Of a stretch of 64,000 nt of DNA, positions 12,997 to 25,200 are shown in pieces. Origin of the DNA: Botryllus schlosseri (taxonomy: Eukaryota); the NCBI GenBank assembly GCA_051294905.1, contig CM119386.1, positions 6,510,001-6,574,000 on the forward strand, in the 5' to 3' direction. Numbering within the stretch: position 1 is the stretch's first letter; each line of letters starts with the position of its first letter. The notes under the pieces are model-generated. The model had not been told where the DNA came from, ran no database searches, and saw only the letters and a program-made list of their open reading frames with translations. Position numbers and translations under genes: made by a program.

Positions 12997-15900
12997 ATGC
13001 CAGGAGTATTGAAACAGAAATCAGCGTCGCCTAGTTTCGTCGATGACGTCAACGATTGCGTTGAAATCGACGGGCCTTTTCCGGTAGACTCGAATGCATC
13101 GGTACCCGGACTTAATGGAAATGTTGTTTGGAGTATCGCCAACCCATTTTACGAGGAAGAGGTTCCGCACCATTCATCTTTATCGAACACTCAAGATTCT
13201 GCTACTGACCCAGCTCAAGCTACAGTTGAAATCTCATTGTATTGTAACAATACACCGCCCCGAACGTCGAAAAAGAGGCATCTAACCATTCCGGCGGAGT
13301 CAGAGAAACCTAGTGAAAGTGGGAAATATGGTTGCCAGAATCTTTGGAAACCATCCTCGACAGAAAACACGGAACGGCGAAAGGAAACCGCTGTAGCAGG
13401 ATGTAAATCGCGACATGCAACTAAACCGACAAACTTGATCTGCAACTTCAAATACGATGCGACCAGGAATCAAACGCCTGCGTCACCGGGTACCTTGTTC
13501 GACGTCCACCAAGGAATAGGAGCCGGAGGTGAAGGAACGGTTTACTCCGGTAAGTTGCATCGATTTCTTTAAATTCTCATAGTTCAGTACGTGATGCGCG
13601 TGAATCTACATTCTGGAAGAATCACATTGATATTAATTTACTCTTTGTAAGACTTGCTTGTTTAGTATCTCTATATTCGACTTTTGAAATACTTCTAGAA
13701 TTGCTGTTTGCATACTTTTGAAATACTTCTAGAATTGCTGTTTGCAATGTGACGTGTCACGTAAATTTTTTCATTGTCTGTACTGACTTGTGACGGCATA
13801 CAAGATTCCGATTAACAGCATGAGAGCTTGCTGCATTAATGAAATGATTGAACGAATGCGCATCTCCAAACCCAAGCCCTTAACCCCGTGTCTCGCAAGC
13901 CCTTCATGAGATTTGTTGTATTCGCAGGAACCCGTGTGTGTGACGGTTTGAAAGTTGCATTGAAGTTCCTGCCGAAGGAGAACATAAAAAGATACGGACT
14001 TCTGAATGGCTGTAAGGTCCCCGTTGAATTTGATCTTTTACATAGCGCTTCGGGTCACCCAGGTTTGTAAATAGACTATTTGATATGGTTTTGGAATTGT
14101 ACGGATAATTGACCTCTGATGACTACAGGTATAATCAAGATGGTCGATTGGTACGAGGACAGTGACTCGTATGTACTGGTTATGGAACGACATCTTGGGA
14201 TGGTGGATCTGTGGCAACTATCATGCGATTATGTACGGTTCCCGGAAAATATAGCGCGCTCCATCTTCAAACAGCTTGCAAAGGCCGTATTGTACTGTCA
14301 TAGCAATGGAGTGGTTCACCGTGATATCAAACTGGACAATGTCCTGGTGAATCCGACCACGTTTGAAATAAAGCTGATCGACTTCGGGTGCGGTACCAAA
14401 ATACAGGTATGTTTCTTAGCATCGGAGTTTCATTTAGTCGCGACCTAGAGTAAAGTTTGAGGTTGGAAAATATATTCGTCCTCTGCAGGTACAGTAGAAC
14501 ATATTCAGTATTTGAGAACGATGTTTACTACGATTCACGTACTGATCACGCGATTGCAAAATAATATTTATTACTGAAGTCTACTCAAGTACTCAAGTCA
14601 TGACTTGACTCGAGTTAGACTCGAGTCACATTTTTCGCATGACTTGACTTGACTCGAGTCTTTTTGTTAAAATGACTTGACTTGACTTGACTCGGCGTAT
14701 CAGAAATGTGGATTGACTCGTGACTCGGAGCTAAATTCACGAGTCAATTTCAAGTAATCGACGTCGATAAAAATCACTGTATCTTGCATATGTTCGGATT
14801 GTTCGCGAAACGCTGGTGTAACCCGTGAGAGCGACCAATCATTCGATGATCATGTGTTTCACTGAACCTCGATTGTTCTCTCACAAATAAATTGACCGCA
14901 AACGAAGTGATGGAAGCTTACAGCTTACGTTGTCGTAACTCTAGTAGTAAAGTAATAACATAGCCAAATGTTTATTTCTGTTCTCTGTTCTTACCTTAAC
15001 CAGACCTAATGTTTTTTTGAAATTGAATTCGAATATAGTTTATATAATTCTCAAGCTCAACCATTGGCGCAGGATCGAATTGTATCATATTTTTTTGTCA
15101 ATGGGTAATGTATTGCAAATCATCAATTTGTTTCTCTATTCTCTTTGGCTGGTAACTATAAACTGAGGCTATGCAATTCAGTGTTGGGATGAAGTCACTA
15201 CCTTCGAGTCACGAGTCATTTCGAGTCATTGCAAATTTTGACTCGAGTCAAGTCAAGTCAATCGGTTTTCGAAGGTGACTCGAGTCAAATCAAGTCACTC
15301 GATTTTTGGAGGTGACTCGTGTCAAGTCGAGTCAAGTCAAGTCAAGTCACGAGTCAAGTCAAAATTCAAGTCAAGTTGCCTTTTCGTAGTATGAGGCATG
15401 ATTACGTCATTACATGTTGCTAGCTGTCTGAAATACAGATGGAGTGGTCATTGATTTTGAACCGATGAACGAATGTAGAGTTGAATTTACATATACACCC
15501 AAGAAGGCGCTGTATCGCTCACATATACGTAGGCTACTGCGTAGCCTCAGTTTATAGTTACCAACCAAATTAGAGAATAGAGAAACGAATTGATAAGATG
15601 CAAAACATTATTCCTTACCCATTTACACATTGATATGATACAATTAGAGCCTGCGCCAATAGTTGAGGAGTATATAAACTATATTCGAATTCAAAATCAA
15701 TAAAACAAGAGGTGTGGTTAAGGTAGATAATTTTCTATTATATTACTTTACTACTAGCTTACGGCAACGTATGCTGTAAGCTTCGATCACTTCGTTTGTG
15801 GTCAATTTATTTGTGAGAGAAGAATGGAGGCTCAGTAAAGCGCACGATCATTGAATGATTGGTCGCTCTCACGGGCTACACCAGCGTTTCTCGAAAAATC

Positions 15901-17578
15901 CGAACATATGCAAGATACAGTGATTTTTATCGACACCGATTAATTGATGACTTGAAATTGACTCGTGAATTTTGCTCCGAGTCACGAGTCAATCAACGTT
16001 TCTGATACACCGAGTCAAGTCAAGTCAAGTCATTTTAGCAAAGTGACTCGAGTCAAGTCGAGTCACGCGAAAAAAGTGACTCGAGTCTGACTCGAGTCAA
16101 GTCATGACTCGAGTCATCCCAACACTGATGCAATTACGCAGTTCAACAGTTCTACGTATATGTGAACGATGCAGCGCCTTCTTGCGTTTATATTTAACTC
16201 TATATTCGTTCATGGGTTCGGAATCAATGACCACTCAATCTGCAGTTCAGACAGCTAGCAAATTGCAATGACGTAATCATGTCTCATACTTCGTAAAGCC
16301 AACTTGACTTGAAATGTGACTTGACTCGTGACTTGACTTGACTTGACTCGAGTCACTTCCGAAAATCGAGTGACTTGACTTGACTCGAGTCACCTTTGGA
16401 AATAGATTGACTTGATTGAAATTGTGCAATGACTCGAAATGACTCGTGACTCGAAGGTAGTGGCTTGATCCCAACACTGGTGGTCGCTAAGGGAGGATTT
16501 GTATTCTGGCTATATTGCGGAGCGTTAATGTCATAGCCTTGTATCCACAACGATAGGAATTTTACCTTTGCAGCTGTGGGACTAATTTCACCTGAATGTC
16601 AGCCGCTCAAATTATGTAACACCATAGTACGTGAACAGAGGTGGTCCGAGTTGTCAGCGCTGCGACTCAAGAAAAAATTAGACGTAATGCCCCAATTTCT
16701 GTTCAATTACAAGTAGATGTTTCAAAATCCAAATTGTTCAATGCACAAAGTAAGTATAAATCGCCTGAAAAATTGCTCAACTTATAGAGTTGGAAGTAGC
16801 CTGAAACATACCCTTTAGTAATCGGTGCAAGTATAGGCAAAATCTACTAGAGTATCCCTAGAAGTAGAAGTGCTTCATTACTGACAACCTCTGTACAAAA
16901 ATGATCAGATTTATTATACTGTAACGCTGTGTTTCTTAATCGCTTTCATACTCCTGACCCCTAAACTTTTGGGTGGTGGCATGGAACTCCTGAGACTGGA
17001 ATTTGTGAAGCTGATGACTTTATCGGCCATCGCTGGCGGCCTGTTTTAATTATGACGTCCAGGTCTAGTTGAAGCCTTGAAGTCTCTCTGACAAATGAAA
17101 AAATGTCATCACTTTCAGTTGTGACCTACATGGCGAGAACGGAAAATAAAACAAGAAAGACTCAAATATATCGACAGTTGTATCATTCTTCTGTTAGCAT
17201 CGGCATTTCACGCCCCGCCTAGAAATAGTTCCCGGGCGACAGGTTAAATCACACTCTCATATTCATTCTCAGGACTCTGTTCTTACGAAGTTTGCCGGGA
17301 CTGAACTTTTCTACCCACCGGAATGGTTCACGGAGCGTCGTTATTACGGAAAGCGTATCGACGTTTGGTGTCTGGGAATTGCACTGTTCGTAATGGTAGA
17401 AGGTCGGCTACCGTTTAAAAAGACAAAAGACATCGTAAAGTGCAAGCCTAAAGTGCGCCACGGAAACCGAATGTCAAGAACCTACAGGCACCTAATCGGA
17501 TGGATGTTACGTAAGGATCAGGACATGCGACCTTCCCTCAAAGCAGTTCTGGCCCATCCTTGGACCCACGGAGAATAA
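12997..17578 (+). CDS. Intact Pim-like Ser/Thr kinase copy C, 423 aa; join(12997-13549,13928-14062,14129-14406,17273-17578)
   Basis: Exons sum to 1272 nt with consistent phases (1,1,0) and GT-AG introns. Motifs IGAGGEGTVYSG, VALK, VPVEF (alphaC Glu), HRDIKLDN, IDFGCG, AGTELFYPPEW, DVWCLG, RPSLKAVLAHPW. The YPPEW motif and hinge-insert length are Pim-family features. About 165 aa of S/T/acidic sequence precedes the kinase domain. Confidence 0.9.
14590..16479. mobile_element. Outer GACTC/GAGTC-rich hAT-type MITE in intron 3 of copy C (left terminus decayed), interrupted by an inverted copy of itself
   Basis: Right end GATCCCAACACTG at 16479. ~14598-15170 is the reverse complement of ~15545-16120, and ~16150-16479 is the reverse complement of 15179-~15530. 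Confidence 0.75.
15179..16127. mobile_element. 949-bp inner hAT-type MITE
   Basis: TIRs CAGTGTTGGGATG / CATCCCAACACTG. 8-bp TSD ATGCAATT at 15171-15178 and 16128-16135. Subterminal GACTC/GAGTC/CAAGT repeats. Confidence 0.9.
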
Positions 17579-18396
17579 TCACTCTACTGCATGCTGATAT
17601 CTAGGATTATTTTATGCGCTTTGATGTTTTAAAAGTTGTATACCCACACGTAAACCACCAAGATCACACAGATACTGGCATTCTCTACTCCATATCGTCA
17701 AACGCGTTCTCGACTTCGCATATGCGGATTCTATCGTTATCTTCATTTTCAGTGATATGTAATGTCTGTCCTGTATCAAGTACTGATCTATTAATTGTTC
17801 TACAGTGTTTTTTATGGATAACTATACGTTCCTCCATCTCGCATGTTTTAGCTTAATATTTATGTACTTGTTATTTCTATTTATATCTCAATAAAATCAT
17901 TGACAAAATTTTTGACATCTGTGTGAAGTGATGAGCAGACTGCACCCGAAATTTCCTCACATTCTTTAGTTCAGATGCATATGGTTTGTTAACAAGGCGT
18001 TATAGTTAATCGCTATCAAGTTATACGTCTAAGCGTTGATAAAATATAAGGAATATTATTAATTCGAGGCAAGGACATCTAGAATTACGGGATGGGACAA
18101 TATGATTGTGACGTCACAAAAAAACTACCCATCACAGGGCCATTCAAATGCGAACAAGCTGTTGAGACTAAAGATCTGCCTGTACGTTTACATCATACAA
18201 ACATTATCTTATATTATATGATATAGACATAAACTTATAGTAGCCTAATAATTCCGAATTTTACAGCAGATATACACCAAATACAGTGGTTTCATTCTAA
18301 CAAATGACATCACCCTTTTTTGTAAAATCTGCGCCGTAGCAGACAATCCCATAAATTTCAAAATGGACTCGGGAGAATCAATATCTCAGTAGAGCT

Positions 18397-21300
18397 CAGT
18401 GGAATTGTAGAGGTATTTACAGAAAGTTGGACGAATTGAAAGTTTTTTTACGGGATCAAGTAACGAAACCAGACGTGATAGCCATTCAAGAAACTCATCT
18501 CGTTCCTAGATACAACCCTACGATTCACGGGTATGTGCTGATCAGAAAAGACCGGGACATCTATGGGGGCGGTGTGTGTTTATTTATAAAACGTCAATTA
18601 CCATATATGGAGATACCCACGGACGATGTGTCGCCGATTGAATCTCAAGTTGTACAGATCGGAGGAATCAAAATTATGAATTTATACATCCCTCCAAACA
18701 GACGCATATCACGCCCTCACATGGAAGGCTGCTTTATGCACCTTGATTCGCGCAGTATCATTAGTGGCGATATGAACGCTCATCACCCGCTGTGGGGAGC
18801 GAGGCGCATTAACACCTGTGGACGCCACCTCTACCATGTGATTGATTCAAAAAACCTGGTAGTCATAAATACGAGCATGCCCACGCGTATATCAATTTCT
18901 CATCCAACAATGGGTCAAGGATCACTTTTGGACTTGACGATCGCAACAAGCGATATTGCACATCTCCTGCAATCTGATGTAACGGACCACTTGTTCGGGA
19001 GCGACCACTATCTTGTACTCACAAAGCTATCACACTATGAACACTCGACCGTAAGTCACCATAGCTCATGGTCGCTGAGAAGAGCCGATTGCGAGCACTT
19101 CCAACATGATTGTTCAAGGAATCTGCAAAAAATTGACCCAACCCACCATTTGGCGGTGGAAAAGACGACCGAAGCTATCTTAGATGCTGCATATTCTAAT
19201 ATCCCTACTAGTAAACCGATTAATAGAAAGCTGTCGGTCCCCTGGTGGAACAAAACATGTGCCAGACACGTGCGTCTCAAGAGAGCAGCATTTCAGAAAA
19301 TGAAACGAACGTTTCGTGAGAGCGATGTCATAATTTTCAAAAAACGCCGAGCAGCAGCGAGAAAAGCAATCGTGGAAGCAAAACGGTCTTATTGGCGGGA
19401 CTTTTGTGATTCATTAAATAGCAATTCTAACATATCAAAAGTGTGGCGCGTAGTGAAATCCATGTCTGGGTCACGTTCTTGGAACCAAATACATCATTTA
19501 AAGGCAGGCGACAGGGTGGTAACCGATGAAATAGACAAGGCAAACGAGTTGGCCAAGCAATTCTACAATGTAAGTAGTGATGGAAACCTCGACGACGAAT
19601 TTAGATCTACCAGAGCTACCTTCGCAATAGATCATGTACAACCAATAGTACAACAACCACGAAACGATTGGGGCCATGATTTCAATACAGAGTTCAACAT
19701 GACCGAGTTGCTGGCGGTAATAGAAAAACGTAAATCGACATCACCCGGCGCAGACAGGATATGCCATCAGATGTTCACTAACATGAATGCCAAAAGTAGA
19801 GAGACCGTCCTCGCAGTGATAAATAATGTGTGGGTAAACGGAAGGTGCCCTGACGAGTGGAAACACTCGATAGTGGTACCAATACAGAAAAACGGTAAAC
19901 CGATCGGGGAAGCGTCCTCTTATCGTCCTATATCGCTCACGAGCCATTTCTGTAAGGTAATGGAGAAGATGATTGCGAATAGATTACGATGGTTCCTTGA
20001 GACCAATGGCCTCATCCATCAAGCGCAAAGTGGGTTCAGGATGAAACATTCCACGAGTGATTGCATCCTGCTACTGCACGATGAAATATATAAGTCCTTG
20101 GCTAACAGAAGATCGACGTTGGCTATGTTCGTCGATTTCGAGAAGGCGTATGATATGGTATGGCGCGATGGCCTAATCTATAAACTTCACTCATTATGAA
20201 TAAATGGTAATATGCTACACTGGATTAACACATTCATAAATGGAAGGTCATTTCAAGTCCGCCTGGGTAGTTCCGTGTCAGATATCCAGCAGCTAGAAAA
20301 TGGCATACCTCAAGGTTCCATTCTTAGTCCAGTCTTATTTTTGGTGATGATAAATGACCTGCCAGATGCGGTGACATCAAATATGAATCTTTTCGCCGAT
20401 GACGTATGTATGTGGGAGTCTGGTCTGGATGCCAATAGTCTTATAGATACAATGCAACAATCCCTACACGAATTGTCACGCTGGTGTCAGAAATGGGGAT
20501 TTAGAGTTAACATGGACAAGTCTGCGGCCGTACTATTTTCTAGACGACGTAAATTACCTGAAGTGAAATTGGTTTTTAATGATGCTGCGGTTCACACAAA
20601 AAATGAGTATAAATATCTTGGGGTTACGTTTGATGCTAGATTAAGCTACAGAGCACATTCGAGAATTGTCACTGAAATCTGCACCAAGCGTCTTAATCTA
20701 CTGCGCCTTCTTAGTGGCACATCTTGGGGTGCGTCCAAAGACTGTCTCCTGACCCTATATAGAGCATTAATAAGATCGGTAATTGAATATGGATTCGAGG
20801 CGTACATGTTCGCCCCTAAATATGTGATCAGATCAATGCAAGCTGTTCAAAATGCCGCACTCCGACTTTGCTGTGGAGGTATGCGTAGTACCCCGATATA
20901 CTCTTTGCAACACGCGTGTAACGAGCTGCCAGTTCACTTACGTCATTTACAGGCCTGTTTGAAGTTCCGAGGAAATATATTATCCGGCAATGATCACCCC
21001 TGTCGATCTCTCGTACAACAATCATGGCATGAGATTTTCCCATCGCATTCCTTCAGAACATTTAATATGGTATCGAACATACCTGCCGTGAGGTATATAT
21101 CTATATACAAGTCTGACACTTTTCCCATCTCACCATGGGAAGACATTCTAGACTGTCGCGTAGACGTAAGTATATCGTTGATGCTCCGAAAAACTGACCC
21201 CCCAGCAGTTATCAAATTGGTAAGTGAGCAATACATTTACGATTATTATAGAGAATGTATCAAAATATATACTGATGGTTCAAAAACGGAGATTGGGTGT

Positions 21301-22214
21301 GGAGCCGCCTTCTACGTGTGGGACGAGGGTGTGTCGAAAAATGTATCACTAAACCACCATTTATCAGTATTTTCAACAGAGCTCATAGCTATACAGGAAA
21401 GTCTCAAATGGATTCAAAGATACGACACTAGTAACTATGATATAGTTATCTTATCCGATAGTCTGAGTTCCCTACAAGCTATCCGATCACGCGTATTAAA
21501 TAACATTATTGTTGCAGACGTAATACTCCAGTGTACTGATTTGAAACGCCGAGGCTTCAACATCACTATGCTGTGGATTCCAGGCCACTGTTCAGTGGGG
21601 TGCAATGAAATCGCAGATGCGCTGGCCAAATCAGCCGCGCTGCGTAGAATCGGTGAGGATCAAGTTGAACTGTCCACCAAGGAATATAAAAGTGTTGTGT
21701 CGGAAGTATGCCGAAGCCTGTTCAAAGAAGAATTCAAGCAAGTGGATCAGGAATCGCAATACAGAAGAATTTTCTCACCCAATGCGGAATCGTACCAAAC
21801 GTATCCCAGCGAAGAAACAACAAGGAGAGCTTCCTCTGTCCTATTCCGATTAAGGACCGGACATTGCAAACTCAATTATCCCTTGCGCAAATTGCATTGT
21901 CACCCAAATGGATTATGCGAAGATTGCCAAGTACCCGAGACGGTAGCACACTTTCTACTTGAATGTAGAAAGTACGATCGACATCGACAACATTTGCGGG
22001 ACAATGCGCGGTTTCACAACGTACCAATGGAAATTGAACTATTGCTCTCTAGCCCTTATACCAGTACACCAGTAATTGAATTTGTCATATTATCTGGTAG
22101 AGAAATATGACACTGGAAATTCTATAGTATAGATCTTTTGATTTTGAAATGGCATGGTGCAAAAAACCATTTGCAGTTATACGCACCATTTCCAATTATA
22201 CATACATACATACA
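18397..22214 (+). mobile_element. 5'-truncated I-clade-type (I/Nimb-like) LINE: ORF2 endonuclease + RT + RNase H + C-terminal Cys/His motif, one nonsense codon at 20197-20199
   Basis: QWNCRG...IQETH...GDMNAH...GSDH (APE endonuclease); YRPISLTS, DFEKAYD, GIPQGSILSP, FADD, YLG (RT); YTDGS, ELIAI, SDSLS, WIPGH, NEIAD (RNase H); RLRTGH...C..C...ETVAHFLLEC. ORFs 18427-20199 and 20212-22110 are in the same frame (KLHSL*INGNML). (TACA)4 tail at 22199-22214. Confidence 0.95.
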
Positions 22215-25200
22215 TGGGTTTGTACGGCTGCTTTCTTATCGCTGATAACCAGATTGGGCTAATGCAGCTTTCCCGTGAGTTCTATAAACGACTAATTAGA
22301 GATGTTTGATAACATCACAATAGAATAAGCGATTACCAGAAATGACAGGTCGTCGTTAATTGCGACTCTATAGCTCGATATATATTCAAGATTAAGCTCT
22401 CAAACCGTGGTATAGAAATTGAGCTCATCAATTAGGTAGCGATAAGAAATGAAATGAAGAAACTCAGCAAATGAACACCGAAAATTTGAAATACATGTAT
22501 TTCCGATATGAAAAAGGTTTAGAAATATTTTATGATATTTTATAATAGTATAGCATCAAATAGGTTTTCGTACTGGAATTTGTGACTGACTTATAGCGTC
22601 AATGCAGCGGTAACCTTATTCAAGACTTGAACTGGGGTTTTAAAAATTCATAGTCAGATCCGATTTCCTCTGCCTAGGCTGTGATGCTCAGTTCGATACA
22701 CCATCGACGGCAACATGAAGGCCATATATGCACCAACCAGAATTCGCGACATCATCAAACAGGGAACAAAAACACGGCATCGCTTTTTGAACTGGAGCTC
22801 TACATCAATGTTAGCGATTGAGTGTCGGTCGATGTGACGGGATTTCTCTTGTGATATTCACGGAATCTCTTGCTAATATATCCAGCATTGTATACCTTGT
22901 ATATTAATTACGGTATATATCACGCCAGGACTCGAATGAATATCTGCGGTTTTGACATAAGCGCTAAGTTGAAAAGCACTACAAAAGACACTACTTCGCT
23001 ATCGCCATTCTCAAATTTGCGTTTCATAACCCGACGGAGTGGGATTGGATCACCCACAAAAGCGCATTATGCACGATGCTGCTCATTCAGCTTAAAATTA
23101 CTTGTTGTGAATAAATGAATTAGTTTATGAACGAATATTATTTCATCGCGCCTAATTCAATGCTAACAAATGTGGTGTGTTAGAAAATGCTATACGACAG
23201 TGGTGTACAAACGTTATGCGCTGAACATTTCTTGATCCGATATCCAAAATATGATTTCCATCGTAGTTTCCTTGTTGCTAAATGCGCTGAATTGAATGTT
23301 GATTTCTGCCTTGAAATTATCCTCACCGAGGACGAAATTATTCCTTTCACCATCGAATTTGTGTTGTCCTGCAACCTTCATTAGTGAATGACTTTTATTT
23401 TTACACAGGTACGAAATTTCCATTCTCTGGCCTTGATATTTTTTTCGTTTTGCTATTTTTCAATACTATGTCTTCTATCCAATATATACGCCATCATTGA
23501 CTGCTTTTGATTTGTTCTTACGCCATTATTCACCGTGGTGCAAAAATCCAACAGGGGGATAAATGGCAAATTTGTCTTTTAATAAACAGCAGCACCTTCT
23601 ACGTTCTACAGCACGACTCACATTTACGCATCATTAATATTTCGCGACCGAACGAGATGCACTTTTATGTTAGCGTTCAGACAGCCAGTCGTGCACAGTT
23701 CTATGAAATATTAAATGATAAAGTCAGATGATTGACTTCACTGAAATGTCCTTGCACATCAGTACTTTCCACCCTTTTCTAGCCATGGACTCATAGCACG
23801 GAATTTTGAATTTCCAGGACTCCTTAATGATTGAAGTTAGCGCTGACCAATGATTTTAGAAAACCATGATTTTGCATAGCTTGTCATAGTTTCTAGACGC
23901 CATTTCCATTGCCATTTAGCGGGATTATATTTTCCCAGTTACTTTGGATAGTCCATACATCGAGTAATCGTCGTAGCCAGGATCTGCTATCTACTTTTTA
24001 CTCGTTTCAACATTGCTTTGCCCGAACCATAATCATAACCATAATCTGGTTTTCTAATAGTACGATATTACGGTACTATAATCAAGTACACGCAATATGT
24101 GTCTCGAAATGGGCAACTATTTGTTCTCATACCTTACGTCAGTTTTAAAACTATGATTTAATATGAATAGCGAGGAGATCTCTTGAGGATAAATCACCAA
24201 TTTGATCCGAGCACTTGTGAGGGCAGCAGCAACTCATGTAGCTCCCTGATGCCTTAAATTCGGCTCCGGAATCGGACATTTGTACTCACATAATATAGTA
24301 CTTATAGTTGTGGTGACATGATGTTCTTTTTTGAAGCATCAGGGTTGTCCACAGGTAACCCTCATTTCTGATTAGTTTGAGAAATAATCTTGGATTGTCA
24401 CTCCTGTCAATTGCGCAATATAGATGCGAGTCTTGCTATGGAAATTACCTTTTATCAGCCATTGCAAGTTACCTTATCGCGATGCAATTAGATTTCCGAG
24501 AATCTTAACGACGACATTATCGTTACTCTCATTAGGTCATCACATAATCCTTTGGGGTAAGTAGAAGCGACCATACAATGAGCCCGGCGATTCGACATGA
24601 AAGGAAATTTGAATATACCTACACGTAGCCGCCATTTTTCACCTACCTACGTGGAGGAGCGTCTGTCGGACATATTAAACGAGGCAACATTGAACAGTTT
24701 ATGGTTAGCGTTATTCTGTAATTCATCTATACCATATTCCTTTCAGATACACCACTCGTTATTGTACATCGAATACCGTCCCTAACGAAGGCATCAATAG
24801 ATTTTAATTGATATATAGCGCCTATTCAACAAGATATACACCGGTCAATATGCCAGGAGAATTGGAAGAGGAATCAGGGGTGCCGAGTTGCGTCGACGAC
24901 GTGGCCATTTTCGGTAAATTCAAATACAACAACAACTACTAAACTTTCTGACGACAGCGTTGAAAACGAGTGACCATTTTCGGCAAATTCAAATGCAACA
25001 GCACCCAAACTTTCTGACTACTGTGTTGAAATGGAATGGCCATTTTCGGTTGATTCGATTGCAACAGTATCTAAACGTTCCGATTATCTTATTTACTGCA
25101 TCGACCACCAATTTTACGAGGAGGAAGTTCCGTACCAAACGAAGTCTCAAAATTCTGCTTCGGACTCTTCGTTAGCTACAGATGATTTCTCCGTGTCTAG

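Noticed and set aside
14590-16479. Dense GACTC/CAAGT repeats (and the GATTAC arrays at 59080-59225 and 61965-62075) as a CRISPR-like array
   Set aside because: There is no constant repeat with unique spacers. They are subterminal repeats of TIR elements with 8-bp TSDs in a eukaryotic context.
20197-20199. Programmed readthrough or selenocysteine at the single TGA in LINE ORF2
   Set aside because: The context KLHSL*INGN fits a GGA->TGA point mutation, and no recoding signal was recognised.
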